Origin: Acidimicrobiia bacterium
GTDB taxonomy: Bacteria; Actinomycetota; Acidimicrobiia; Spongiisociales; ZC4RG35
Direction of reading: 5' to 3'
Assembly: GCA_965215185.1 (NCBI GenBank)
Contig: OZ244034.1
Span: 2,720,001-2,784,000 of the forward strand
Length of the DNA: 64,000 bases
How positions within the stretch are numbered: position 1 is the stretch's first letter; each line of letters begins with the position of its first letter. The position numbers were made by a program, and so were the translations under genes. The notes under the pieces are model-generated. The model saw only the letters and a program-made list of their open reading frames with translations. It was not told where the DNA came from and did not search any database. Of the stretch, positions 40,666 to 50,628 are shown in pieces.

Positions 40666-42692
40666 CAGTAACCCATCTCCGGAGAGGAGTAGCCGGCATC
40701 CGACGTCTCGCCGGAGTGATCGGAGTCGTCATGGGGCTCTTCGAGGGGTTCCATGCTCCAGCCGAATGCGGCCGCGGTCATCACCAAAACTCCCACCAGG
40801 ATCAATAACTTCCCCACCACAGAGGTGTGGAAGATGATTCCCCAGCCCACCAGGGGGATCCCGGATGCAAACAGCACCGGGTAATAGGAGGGAGCTGGAA
40901 GGTGAATGGGGTGGGGAGGGTTGATCCCGGTTTCCAACAGTTCGTTGAGTGTCTCCTCGGCGTCCGCTCTCCGCACCGGGCGGCCTTCGGAATCGTTCTC
41001 GTACTTTTTGTGCCAGAAGTCGTCGAGAGAAGTGATCGTGGGCGACACCCCATAGTTGTATTCGGGAGTTGGGTTGGGGATCGTCCACTCTACGGTCCGG
41101 GCGTCCCAAGGGTCGATTCCCGACGGTTCGCCATGGCGCTTTGAACGCCACCAGTTAAACATGAAGATCAGAACCCCGGCCGTTATCACAAAGGCCCCCA
41201 CCGTGGCAACCAGGTTCCAGAAATCAAACCCGGCCTCCGGCGGGTAGTAGGCGGTGCGTCTCACCATGCCCTGCAGGCCTAGCCAATGCATGGGAGCAAA
41301 GGTGAGATTGAAGCCGGTGAAGAAGGTCCAAAAGTGCAGCTTCCCCAGCCGCTCGTTGAGCAGTCGGCCGGTGATCTTGGGGAACCAGTAGTAGAGGCCG
41401 GAAAAAATACCGAACACCGCTCCCCCGAATAGCACATAGTGAAAGTGGGCCACGATGTAGTAGGTGTCGGTTTGCTGCCAGTCGGAGGGAACGATGGCGT
41501 GGGTCACCCCCGACAGCCCTCCGATGACGAACATTGCCACGAACCCGATCGCGAACAGCATGGAGCTGGTGAAACGTAATCGACCCCCCCACATGGTGCC
41601 CATCCAGTTGAATATCTTCACGCCGGTGGGCACCGCGATGGTCATGGTGGAAAGGGCGAATGCGGCCTGGGCCACCGGGCTGATTCCCGACGCGAACATG
41701 TGATGCGCCCAGACTCCGAATCCCATGAAGGCGATGGCCGATCCGGCAAAAACCACCGCCGCATAGCCAAACAGGGGCTTGCGGCTGTACACGGGCAAAA
41801 CTTCGGAGACGATTCCCATGGCGGGAAGGACCAGGATGTAGACCTCGGGGTGACCGAATAACCAGAACAGATGCTGCCACAAAATGGGGTCGCCTCCCGC
41901 CTCCGCCACGAAGAACAGGCTGCCGAACTGCCGGTCGAAGGTGACCATGAACAGGGCGATGGCGATGATGGGAAGTGAAAAGAGCAACAGGAGAGCAACC
42001 ACCAAGGTCATCCACACGAACACCGGCATCCGCAAAAGCCGCATGCCGACCGCCCGCATGTTGAAGATGGTGACGATGAAATTGACTGCTGAAATGAGTG
42101 AGGCCACTCCCAGGAATTGGACGCCCAGCGCCCAAAAGTCCATGGCCCTGCCGGGGGAGTAGAACGGTCCGGCATTGGGCTGATACCCGAACCACCCTCC
42201 GTCGGGCATTCCACCCAAGATGGTGTTGTCACCCGGATCCAGGTTCCCCGCCACGCCCTCCACTCCTAACGGCGCGGTGGGATCGCTGAACAGGAGCACC
42301 GAATAGAGGAAGATTCCTCCGAACAGGAATATCCACCATGACAATGCGTTCATACGGGGGAAAGCAACGTCCCGGGCGCCGATCATCAGCGGAAGGAGAT
42401 AATTCATGAAGGCGGCCGAGATTGGCATCACGAACAGGAACACCATGGTGGTGCCATGCATAGTGAAGGCCGCGTTGTACTCGGCGGCGGTCAGGAAGGT
42501 GTTGTCAGCCGCCGACAGCTGGATGCGCAACAAGAGGGCCTCGGTTCCGCCCACCAGGAAAAAAATGAAGGCGGCGTATCCGTACATGATCCCGATCTTT
42601 TTGTGATCGGCGGTGGTGACCCACGCCCAGAACCCGCTGCTGGAACGGGGCCTGCGGAATATGGTGGTGGGTCGGCGTTCGGCGGCGGTCAT
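40665..42692 (-). CDS. ctaD: Cytochrome c oxidase subunit I (A1-type)
   Basis: DHKKIG, TMHGTTM, GHPEVY, WAHHM, AHFHY. Confidence 0.97.
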   Translation of the reverse strand: MTAAERRPTTIFRRPRSSSGFWAWVTTADHKKIGIMYGYAAFIFFLVGGTEALLLRIQLSAADNTFLTAAEYNAAFTMHGTTMVFLFVMPISAAFMNYLLPLMIGARDVAFPRMNALSWWIFLFGGIFLYSVLLFSDPTAPLGVEGVAGNLDPGDNTILGGMPDGGWFGYQPNAGPFYSPGRAMDFWALGVQFLGVASLISAVNFIVTIFNMRAVGMRLLRMPVFVWMTLVVALLLLFSLPIIAIALFMVTFDRQFGSLFFVAEAGGDPILWQHLFWLFGHPEVYILVLPAMGIVSEVLPVYSRKPLFGYAAVVFAGSAIAFMGFGVWAHHMFASGISPVAQAAFALSTMTIAVPTGVKIFNWMGTMWGGRLRFTSSMLFAIGFVAMFVIGGLSGVTHAIVPSDWQQTDTYYIVAHFHYVLFGGAVFGIFSGLYYWFPKITGRLLNERLGKLHFWTFFTGFNLTFAPMHWLGLQGMVRRTAYYPPEAGFDFWNLVATVGAFVITAGVLIFMFNWWRSKRHGEPSGIDPWDARTVEWTIPNPTPEYNYGVSPTITSLDDFWHKKYENDSEGRPVRRADAEETLNELLETGINPPHPIHLPAPSYYPVLFASGIPLVGWGIIFHTSVVGKLLILVGVLVMTAAAFGWSMEPLEEPHDDSDHSGETSDAGYSSPEMGY

Positions 42693-42766
42693 GTGAGACA
42701 ATCCGGCCTAGGGACCATGGAGGGAATCTCCTTCCGGACGGGCTGGGCAACAAGCAAGTCTACGAC

Positions 42767-43846
42767 TCACTGCAGAGTGTCCAGCCAGACGATCAGATCT
42801 TCGATCTCTTGGTGGGTGAGATCCAGGTTGGGCATAAAGGACCCCGATTTGACTCCCGGTGGGTTGGCCAACCATTCCCGCAATCCGTCAGACCGCGATT
42901 GCCCCTCGCGCGGCAGGGCGGCGCCGGCGAACACCCCTCGAGAGGCGAAGTGGGTCAAGTTGGGGCCGTTGTAGAGGTCGTCAGCCACCAGGTTGGTCCC
43001 CGGATTGTCCGACCCGTAGTCAACGGTGTGACACTGGGTGCATCCCTGCTCTTGGAAAACCCTGAGGCCAGCGGCAGCCGGGGTGTCGGGCTCGGGTGGT
43101 ATGGCCTGCTGCTGTTGGGCGGCCGCCCAGGAATCGAAATCGGCCTGGGTCATAGAGATCACCCGGGCCCGCATCAGCGAGTGGGAGAGTCCACAGAACT
43201 CGGCGCAGTGTCCCCAGAACTCGGCGGGCTCGTCCGCCTGCAGCTTCAGGGTGGTCTCCTGCCCGGGGACCAGATAGCGCTTGCCCATCAGGTGGGGGAC
43301 CCAATAGTTGTGGAGCACATCGGCTGAGGTCATGTAAGCACACACCTCCCGATCGATCGGGATCGCCAAGACGCTCGCTGATTCGATACCCAACTCGGGA
43401 TAGCGATACTCGAACCACCACTGGTGCCCGATGATCTCCACCGGCATGGCATCGTCGCCGCATTCGGTCAACTCGAACACGCCCCGGACCGTCGGCACCG
43501 CAATGACGGTGAGAATCAGCGCGGGAATGATCGTCCAAGTGATCTCCAGTTTGTTGTTGCCGTGGACCTGGCGAGGTTCTTTGCGGCCCGCCCGATCCCG
43601 GAACAGCAGAACGATCAGCAGGATTCCACCCTCCACCACCACGAATATCACAACCGCTATCCAAAACACCTGCCAGAAAATCGCGTCGATTCTCTCGGCG
43701 AAGGGACCGGCCGGCTCGAAGGTGGTGAGTGGGGCATCCTCGATCTTCACCAGGCTGCAGGCAGCCAAGCTGAAAGCCGTCAGGGCAGCCAAAGACCCCC
43801 ACTTGACAATTGGTCGTATGAGGCGTGTCACGTGCCGCCGGATCAT
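42767..43846 (-). CDS. ctaC: Cytochrome c oxidase subunit II with fused cytochrome c (caa3-type)
   Basis: Lipobox LAAC, QWWFEY, CuA motif CAEFCGLSHSLM, heme motif CTQCH. Confidence 0.96.
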   Translation of the reverse strand: MIRRHVTRLIRPIVKWGSLAALTAFSLAACSLVKIEDAPLTTFEPAGPFAERIDAIFWQVFWIAVVIFVVVEGGILLIVLLFRDRAGRKEPRQVHGNNKLEITWTIIPALILTVIAVPTVRGVFELTECGDDAMPVEIIGHQWWFEYRYPELGIESASVLAIPIDREVCAYMTSADVLHNYWVPHLMGKRYLVPGQETTLKLQADEPAEFWGHCAEFCGLSHSLMRARVISMTQADFDSWAAAQQQQAIPPEPDTPAAAGLRVFQEQGCTQCHTVDYGSDNPGTNLVADDLYNGPNLTHFASRGVFAGAALPREGQSRSDGLREWLANPPGVKSGSFMPNLDLTHQEIEDLIVWLDTLQ

Positions 43847-43955
43847 ATACGACAGATGATACGATTCTGTGCGCCTCTTCCCAATCTGGCCCGCCTGATG
43901 GAGAACTCAGAGGCTGCCCAGAGAGGGCGGTTGACAGCGACGGCGCTACGCTGAA

Positions 43956-44740
43956 ATGGGGATGTTGAATGGCAACGCCGACGCTTTAGTAAGGCTGGAG
44001 GATGTGGTCATGCACTATCCGGTCAGGATGGAGGGAGTAACCGGTCGCCGCCGGAATCTGAGGGCGGTGGATGGAGTGAGTTTCTCGATTGCAGAAGGTG
44101 AAGCCCTGGGGTTGGTGGGGGAGTCAGGATGCGGGAAGTCCACGGTCGCCAAGCTGATGATGCGCCTACTGACGCCCACCAGTGGTCGGGTGGCTTTCAT
44201 GGGACGAGACATCACCGAACTGGGCAGACGGGAGATGCGTCCTTTGCGTCGCAACATGCAGATCGTCTTTCAGGATCCCTTCGCCTCTCTCAATGCCGGG
44301 ATGAAAGCGGGGGATATCGTAGCCGAACCGCTGTTAGTCCACGAAGGTCGCCGTCCCGAGGCCGGTAGGGTGTTGGAACTCTTTGAGTTGGTGGGTTTGC
44401 ATCCCGGCGACGTCCAGAAGTACCCCCACGAGTTCTCCGGGGCCCAGCGCCAGTGGATCAGCATCGCTCGGGCCTTGGCGCTTCGACCCAAGCTGTTGGT
44501 GTTGGACGAGCCGGTGTCGGCGCTTGATGTCTCAATCCAGGCTCAGATCATCAACCTGCTGATCGAATTGAAGCAAAGCTTGGGGCTGGCATATCTGTTC
44601 ATTGCCCATGACCTGTCGGTGGTGCGTCATGTATGCGAACAAGTGGCGGTGATGTACCTGGGAAAGATCGTTGAGTGGGGAGATCGGGAGCAGGTGTTCT
44701 CCCGGCCGTGCCATCCATATACCCAAGCCCTGGTGTCGGC
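43956..44740 (+). pseudogene. Peptide ABC ATPase (OppF/DppF-like), truncated and fused to an inverted oppB fragment
   Basis: GESGCGKS, altered signature FSGAQRQW, DEPVSALD. Homology stops at HPYTQALVSA. Confidence 0.8.
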
Positions 44741-45049
44741 CACCAGGATCAAAGTGGAGGGAATCTGGGCTCCGATCAGGTCGAGTACGGAGCGGCCGGA
44801 CACCGAACGACCCAGGTCGCCTTGCACCAGTCCGAGCAGATACTCGCCCAATTGGACCAACAGAGGTCGGTTGAGGCCCAATGCCTCTCGTATCTGCTCC
44901 TGCTGTTCGGGAGAGAACTTGGCGCCTCCGGTCATCATCGCCGACACGGCGTCACCGGGCACCAGTTGCATGATAAAGAAGATCAGAATGGCGGCCCCAA
45001 CCAGCACAGGGATGGTCAAGGCCAGACGGCCGAAGATGTATTTCAGCAC
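44741..45049 (-). pseudogene. Peptide ABC permease (OppB/DppB) 5' fragment
   Basis: LVPGDAV...LGLNRPL..Q...GDLGRS...PSTLIL, then runs into the antisense of oppF. Confidence 0.85.
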
Positions 45050-45092
45050 TGCTTGCTCATCCGCCCATAGCCTGTCGGTTCTCGATTAGTTC

Positions 45093-46997
45093 CTACTGGC
45101 TAATGGATGCTCCCGCGAAGTACTTGTAGAACCCGGTTCCGTCCACCGAGAACCCGCTCAACGCGTTCGGGAACGCAGCGAAGAGGCGCAACTCGATGAT
45201 CGGCACAATGTAGGCCTGGTCCATGATGTATCTCTGTATGTCGGAGAGGATTTCAGCGCGGCGCGCAGTGTTGATTTCCTCGGAGGCGGCAACCAACAGG
45301 GCGTCCAGATGGTCGTCTCGGATGTGGCCGACATTAATGTTGCCGGGGCCGACCGAGGACGAGTGGAAGTCCCGTTGCAAAGTGACGGGGGATGCGAACA
45401 CGTCTCCCATCGAGGCGAGTTCATAGGGAGTTTCGCCCGTTTCTTGGAGGTAGCCGCCAGCCTCAAAGGTGATCACTTCGGCGTCGAACCCGACGTCTCT
45501 CAGTTGCGCCTGCAGGAGCGTTACCCACGGGTTCCAACTGCGGTTCTCAATGATTCGGGCAATGAGGGTCTCATCACCCTTGCGCCGGATTCCGTCTTCA
45601 CCCAGTGTCCACCCTGCCTCGTCCAGCAACTCCGCGGAACGGGCTGGGTCGTATGGGTAGTAGGTTTCCACGATCGAGTCGTACTCGGCAAAGTTGCTGG
45701 AAAGCGGACCGTAGGCGCGGGGCACCCTGCCGCAGAACACGGCTTGGACGATGGAATCCTGATCAACAGCATGCAAGATAGCCTGACGCACCCGGATGTC
45801 CGAGGTGGGCGAGATGCTGGGGTTGATGTAGTTGACCTGGGGCAGGCCGGGGAGGGAGAACCCTTCCACCGTTATGCCGTCCAACGCCTCCAAGGGTGAG
45901 ATGTTCTGGGAGGGGACCAGATCGAGGAAGTGGATTTCCCCGGTGGAAAGCGTCGCGGTGCGGGCCTGCTCGTCGGGGATGTACCGGAAGACCAAGCGTT
46001 CCGCGCGGGCCGGGCCGGTGGTTCCGTAGAAGGAGAAGGCGCCCCATGTCCAGTCTGGATTGCGGACCAGGGAAATATGGCTTCCTTCCACCCATTCCTC
46101 GAAGATGAACGGACCGGTGCCGATGGGCTGTTTACCGGCGTCATCCCCGAGTGCTTCCACGGCCGTCGCGTTTGTTATACCGGCACCCGGGGTGGCCAAG
46201 TCGATGAGGATGTCCGGTACCGGCTTGGAGAAGACCAGTTCAACCGTGTAGTCATCGATCACCTCAGTGTCTTGGTAGTTTTTGGCAATCGACGAGGTAA
46301 CCGCTCCGGCGACGTCACCCTTCATGCGGTCGAAGTGAGCTTTGACCGCATGGGCGCTCAGAGGATCACCGTTATGGAATGTAACCCCCTGCCGCAGGGT
46401 GAATCGTACCCGAGTGGCGTCGGCGCTCTGGGACCAGTCAGTAGCCAGGCCGGGATGCAGCTGTATTCCAGGGCTCAGAATCACCAGTGTCTCATAGATC
46501 TGGGCCACAACCGCCTGGTCATTGACGGTGGTGGAGTTGAAGGCATCGAGTTGGGACGGCTCCTGGTTGGTGCCGAACACAATCGTGCCTCCGCCCATCA
46601 GCTCCTCGATTTCCATCTGGGTTTCCTCGACTTGCATCTGGGTTTCCTCAGCCTCCATCTGGGCTTCCTCGGCAGCCTTCGCCGCTTCGGCAGCGGCCAT
46701 TTCGGCTTCCTCGGCGGCCTTCATGGCTGCTTCCAGCGCAGCTTGGGCTTCTTCGCCAACTGCTGCCTCTGCCGCCTCCAGCGCCGCTTCGGCGTCGGCC
46801 TGGGCTTTATCCAGCGCCGCCTGGGTTGCCGCAGCCTCCGTTTGGGCCTGAGCCGTTTGGGCCTGAGCCGTTTGGGCCTGAGCCGCCGCGGCGGCGGCTG
46901 CCGCCTCTTCTGCCGCACCGTCGTCGCCGCAGGCGGTTGCGATCAGTGTCAAGGCAACGAAAATGCCGAGCAAGGCTCGAACGGATAGTTTTCCCAT
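45093..46997 (-). CDS. Family 5 ABC substrate-binding lipoprotein (OppA/DppA-like) with N-terminal coiled-coil extension
   Basis: Lipobox ATAC, Ala/Glu/Gln-rich segment, FTLRQGVTFHNG, GTGPF, RVRQAI. Confidence 0.92.
   Translation of the reverse strand: MGKLSVRALLGIFVALTLIATACGDDGAAEEAAAAAAAAQAQTAQAQTAQAQTEAAATQAALDKAQADAEAALEAAEAAVGEEAQAALEAAMKAAEEAEMAAAEAAKAAEEAQMEAEETQMQVEETQMEIEELMGGGTIVFGTNQEPSQLDAFNSTTVNDQAVVAQIYETLVILSPGIQLHPGLATDWSQSADATRVRFTLRQGVTFHNGDPLSAHAVKAHFDRMKGDVAGAVTSSIAKNYQDTEVIDDYTVELVFSKPVPDILIDLATPGAGITNATAVEALGDDAGKQPIGTGPFIFEEWVEGSHISLVRNPDWTWGAFSFYGTTGPARAERLVFRYIPDEQARTATLSTGEIHFLDLVPSQNISPLEALDGITVEGFSLPGLPQVNYINPSISPTSDIRVRQAILHAVDQDSIVQAVFCGRVPRAYGPLSSNFAEYDSIVETYYPYDPARSAELLDEAGWTLGEDGIRRKGDETLIARIIENRSWNPWVTLLQAQLRDVGFDAEVITFEAGGYLQETGETPYELASMGDVFASPVTLQRDFHSSSVGPGNINVGHIRDDHLDALLVAASEEINTARRAEILSDIQRYIMDQAYIVPIIELRLFAAFPNALSGFSVDGTGFYKYFAGASISQ
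46838..46882. repeat. 3 x 15-bp perfect tandem repeat within oppA
   Basis: CCGTTTGGGCCTGAG x3 (encodes AQAQT repeats). Imperfect 21-bp repeats at about 46611-46670. Confidence 0.9.
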
Positions 46998-47071
46998 ATT
47001 CTGCTCTTAGCTGTTGGTGGGGCTAGCCAGACCTCATGAATCTCAATCCCAAGATAGCCCGACGGGCTTTG

Positions 47072-47685
47072 GCAGATAGTGCAGATAGTGACGTCAAGGC
47101 AGTGGTGGGTTCGTCGGCGATCACCACCGATGGCTATTTGGCGATGGCGATTACCACCCGCTGGCGCATGCCGCCTGACATCTCGTGGGGAAACTGGCGG
47201 TAACGCTGGCGAGGGTTGGGAATGCCCACCAGGTCCAATAGATCAAGCGCCTTCTGTCGAGCGGCGGCGCGGGAGACACCATGGATGCGGAGCGCTTCGG
47301 CGATCTGGCTCCCCACCCGCATCACTGGGTTGAGCGAGGTCATGGGATCTTGGAAGACCATGGCGATCTCTTTGCCTCGGATGTTTTTCAACTCACCATC
47401 CGCAAGCCCAAGCAACTCCTTTCCCTTATAGAGGATCTCGCCTCCGTTCACCAGAGCGTTGTCGGGCAGCAGCCCCACCAAAGAGGAGACCGTGACAGTC
47501 TTCCCGGACCCAGACTCGCCCACCAACCCCAGTATGTCACCTGGATACAAAGAGAAGCTGACGTCCTCTACGGCGGGAAGCACCCCGGCGTGTGTGTCGA
47601 AAGAAATCGAAAGGTCGCGTACCTCCAAGAGAGGCGCCGTGTCGTCGGGTTGGGGATAGGGAAGTTGAAGTTTTTCACTAGGCAT
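47072..47685 (-). pseudogene. Peptide ABC ATPase (OppD/DppD-like) pseudogene
   Basis: GESGSGKT, SGGMRQR, TAG at 47134-47136, then [12 protein letters not shown], a frameshifted (L)DVTI, and truncation. Confidence 0.85.
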
Positions 47686-47687
47686 GA

Positions 47688-49100
47688 CTATACGCGGTCG
47701 CCACCAGTGTCGTTCAGATCGGTGAGCAGTATGGCTGCCTCTCTCTCCAGAACCGACGCCGCCTCGGCCGTGTAGGCCGTTGCCCATTGCGGTTCATAGC
47801 CGCCCCTTTCGAATTCTTCGGCGGTGGGCACGTAACCGGTGACCCCGTTGGAATAGCCTGCCATGTGAGTGAACTGGAATGGAGAGTTTTCTCGCACCCG
47901 TACCCCGATCTCCGCGAACGGCTCGCCCGGGAACCCCACCAGCGCTACGGGACCCATCCTGATTCCGTGCAGGGTGGTGGAAAGGCGAGTCTTGCCCCCA
48001 CACAACTTCGCCCAAGCGGCGCTGATCAAAGCCCTCCGAGCCCGAAAGCGAGCGTCCAGCACCTCCTCCTACGATGCTCCCGACTTCTCCAATTCCAGGA
48101 ACCGGCTGGAAAGACTCTGGGCATGAGCTTCAGCTTGATGGGGATCGTCAGTGGACCGTACCGGCATTTCAATGGCTCTCTCGATGACCTTTATGGTGGG
48201 CTCCTGGTCGGGGAGAGGATCTTCCGCCCAGATTCCCAACGGCGCTCCCGATTCCACTATCCCCGCGAACCTTCTCTTGGTGGGTCGGGTCCGGATGCCA
48301 GTGAAGACCTTGGCGGCCTCGGCTCCCAGCATGGTCCCCATCCGCTCGGCCGCCCCCAGATCGCCGGTCAGGGCCTCAATGGTCATGATGTTGCCGGCAC
48401 AGCCCTGTAGATAGAGACAGGCGGCGCCGGTCAACTCCTCCACGACACGTTTGGCGACTCCGGGAAAATCGGGGCTGAGCAAGCGGTTCTGATAGGCGAG
48501 GATGATGGGATGGGCGGCATAGCAGAGCAAAGCGGCTAAGGGGTTTTCGTCGAGATCGTCGAATCGCACCACCATTACCTGGTGGTCGGCGAATCCTTCG
48601 AAATTCTGTCCCACCACTACTTCTCCGTTGGGCGCCCGAAGCCTTCGATTGACGGCGATGGAACTTTCTCCCCATCCAGCCGCCAGGCGGGCGGGACGGA
48701 GGGCGGCCTTGGCTTGATGGGTGGCGCCCAGCGTCTGCGACCAGACGGTCTCCCGATAACCAGGCACCAGTTCATGGCCTTCCCGGCCCGACCGGGATCC
48801 CAAGAGGCCCGACCACACCGGCCCGGCGTGGGTGTGCGTGAAAGAAACCCGGACATTGCGCGGGTCGATCCCCAGTACCCCGGCCACGTCTTTTCGGATG
48901 CGGTCGGAGTCTTCCACTGAGACCACCATCAGGTCGTAGTCCAAAATGGCGAAGGTTTCGGTCTCGCCTTCCACAACCAGCACGGTTACCCACAGGTCCA
49001 AGTGGACTCCCTCTGCCCGATGGTGGGTCTGCACTCCCCACCTGGCGTGCTCTATTCCGATTGGCGGGGTGATGACTCCCCGGCCCACTCCTACTCTCAT
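47688..49100 (-). pseudogene. Neutral/alkaline ceramidase-like hydrolase interrupted by an in-frame TAG (48069-48071)
   Basis: THTHAGP, YAAHP, SPDFPG, QGCAGN in the first part; PGEPF..GY.P...GGYE in the in-frame second part. Confidence 0.8.
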
Positions 49101-49190
49101 GGTGCCTCTTTCAAACGGTTGGGGTCCCCATCTGGGGTTGGCGGCGAGACTGGCGGATGGGTGTGGGAAAGCATACCGGGCCAGCCGCGT

Positions 49191-49970
49191 TCACTTCGGG
49201 GGAAAGTCGAGTTTTTTGGCCGACAGCCCCCCGTCCACTTTGAGCGTCTCGCCGGTGATGAAACTCGCCCGCTCAGAAAGCAGAAACACAATCGCGTCGG
49301 CCACTTCCGAAGTGTCGGCAAACCGTTGCTGGGCGTGGAGGGCGTCAGCTTCGGGTTTGGACATGCGGCCGCTTTCTATCGCTTCCCGAGCCAGGGGGGT
49401 ATTGATGTAGCCGGGCGCCACTGCGTTGACCCGGATACCCAAGTGGGCCCATTCAGTGGCCAGAGTTCTGGTCAGGGCGCTGACCGCCGCCTTGGTGGCC
49501 GCGTACGGGGCTCTAAGCGGCCATCCGAAGAACTCGGCCACCGAGGAGAGGTTGACGATGGCCCCTCCCTGGTGGGTCATCATGTGCCTACCGGCTGTCT
49601 GGCACCAGTAGAAGGTGCCCGACAGGTTGATATTCAGTACCTTCTGCCAGCCTTCGGGGGGAAAGTCCACGCTGGGTCCGGCCAACTGGATACCGGCGCA
49701 GTTCACCAGGCCTCGAACCGGGGTGTTCCAGTTCTCGATCCTCTCCATGGCCCGGTGGACAGCTTCAGGGCTGGAGACATCGCAGAGCACCTCCACCACC
49801 CGGTGGGGACCGTGCTTTTCCATCAGTGATGAGGCGTGTCCCGGCTTGAGGTCGACTGCGGCGCACCGGGCCTGCGGGTCTTCTGCCAGTAGGGAAGAGG
49901 CGACCGCCGAACCTATCCCCCCCCCTGACCCGGTGACGATTGTCACTCCCGAAGAGGAATCGTGTTTCAC
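49191..49970 (-). CDS. Short-chain dehydrogenase/reductase
   Basis: TGSGGGIG, NCAG, YAATK, NAVAPG, VDGG. Confidence 0.92.
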   Translation of the reverse strand: MKHDSSSGVTIVTGSGGGIGSAVASSLLAEDPQARCAAVDLKPGHASSLMEKHGPHRVVEVLCDVSSPEAVHRAMERIENWNTPVRGLVNCAGIQLAGPSVDFPPEGWQKVLNINLSGTFYWCQTAGRHMMTHQGGAIVNLSSVAEFFGWPLRAPYAATKAAVSALTRTLATEWAHLGIRVNAVAPGYINTPLAREAIESGRMSKPEADALHAQQRFADTSEVADAIVFLLSERASFITGETLKVDGGLSAKKLDFPPK

Positions 49971-50425
49971 GACTGGGAGTCATCCCCCTGGGCATCGGAT
50001 GCCAACCAGCGGACTTCCGAGCCGGGAGGAGCGTAGAACCAGAGCGCGGTCATACCCTCGGGTCCCGAGTGAGTCTGGTGGGGGCTGTTGGACGGCGTGA
50101 AGAGGACAGTCCCCTCCTTCATGGGGTGTGACTTCCCGTCGATATCCACCCAACCTGAGCCGGAAAGCACCAACGCCACTTCCTCCGCCTCGTGAGAGTG
50201 AGGCACTGTCGCGAAGTGAGGAGGCAGGGCGGAGGTGCCCATCACGATCTTGGCCGAGTTGCCCAGTTCCGGAGAGGCCTGGACCGCCATCGCCCGTCCT
50301 TCTATCAACCGGCCGTCCCCCCCGCTGTTTCCGGCCAGGGTCTTTTCTATCCGCTCGGTTAGGCCCGAGAGGGTCCACTTGGGGATTTCGGTCATGTGAT
50401 CCTCACCTTCTGGGGGTGTTTCCAT
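49967..50425 (-). CDS. Cupin domain protein
   Basis: PHSHEAEE...G...PSNSPH cupin metal motifs. Start may be the second ATG (MTEIPK). Confidence 0.88.
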   Translation of the reverse strand: METPPEGEDHMTEIPKWTLSGLTERIEKTLAGNSGGDGRLIEGRAMAVQASPELGNSAKIVMGTSALPPHFATVPHSHEAEEVALVLSGSGWVDIDGKSHPMKEGTVLFTPSNSPHQTHSGPEGMTALWFYAPPGSEVRWLASDAQGDDSQS

Positions 50426-50628
50426 CTGGTAGCGAGGCTAGTTACAAACTCCGCAAAAGGGGGTGGCATCAGGGTCCATTTCCCGCCTGGGGATAGCGGA
50501 GGGGTCTGGCTACGACCGGGGCGAATCAGAGACAAAATGGGATCACTACCTTGAATCTTGGGTGACCACCGGCGGGTTCCGGTTGGGTGAATGGCGTTGG
50601 CGCTTGGTTCTGTAGTCTTATGGGGGTC

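Noticed and set aside
44741-45089. Novel C-terminal domain on the 377-aa OppF ORF
   Set aside because: It is the antisense of the oppB fragment, produced by the rearrangement.
46600-46890. Short tandem repeats as a possible CRISPR array
   Set aside because: No spacers, in-frame coding repeats, and no cas genes.
47134-48071. Two in-frame TAG codons suggesting amber recoding or pyrrolysine
   Set aside because: TAG is a normal stop for many genes here, no pyl genes are visible, and the locus has other lesions, so decay is the simpler explanation.
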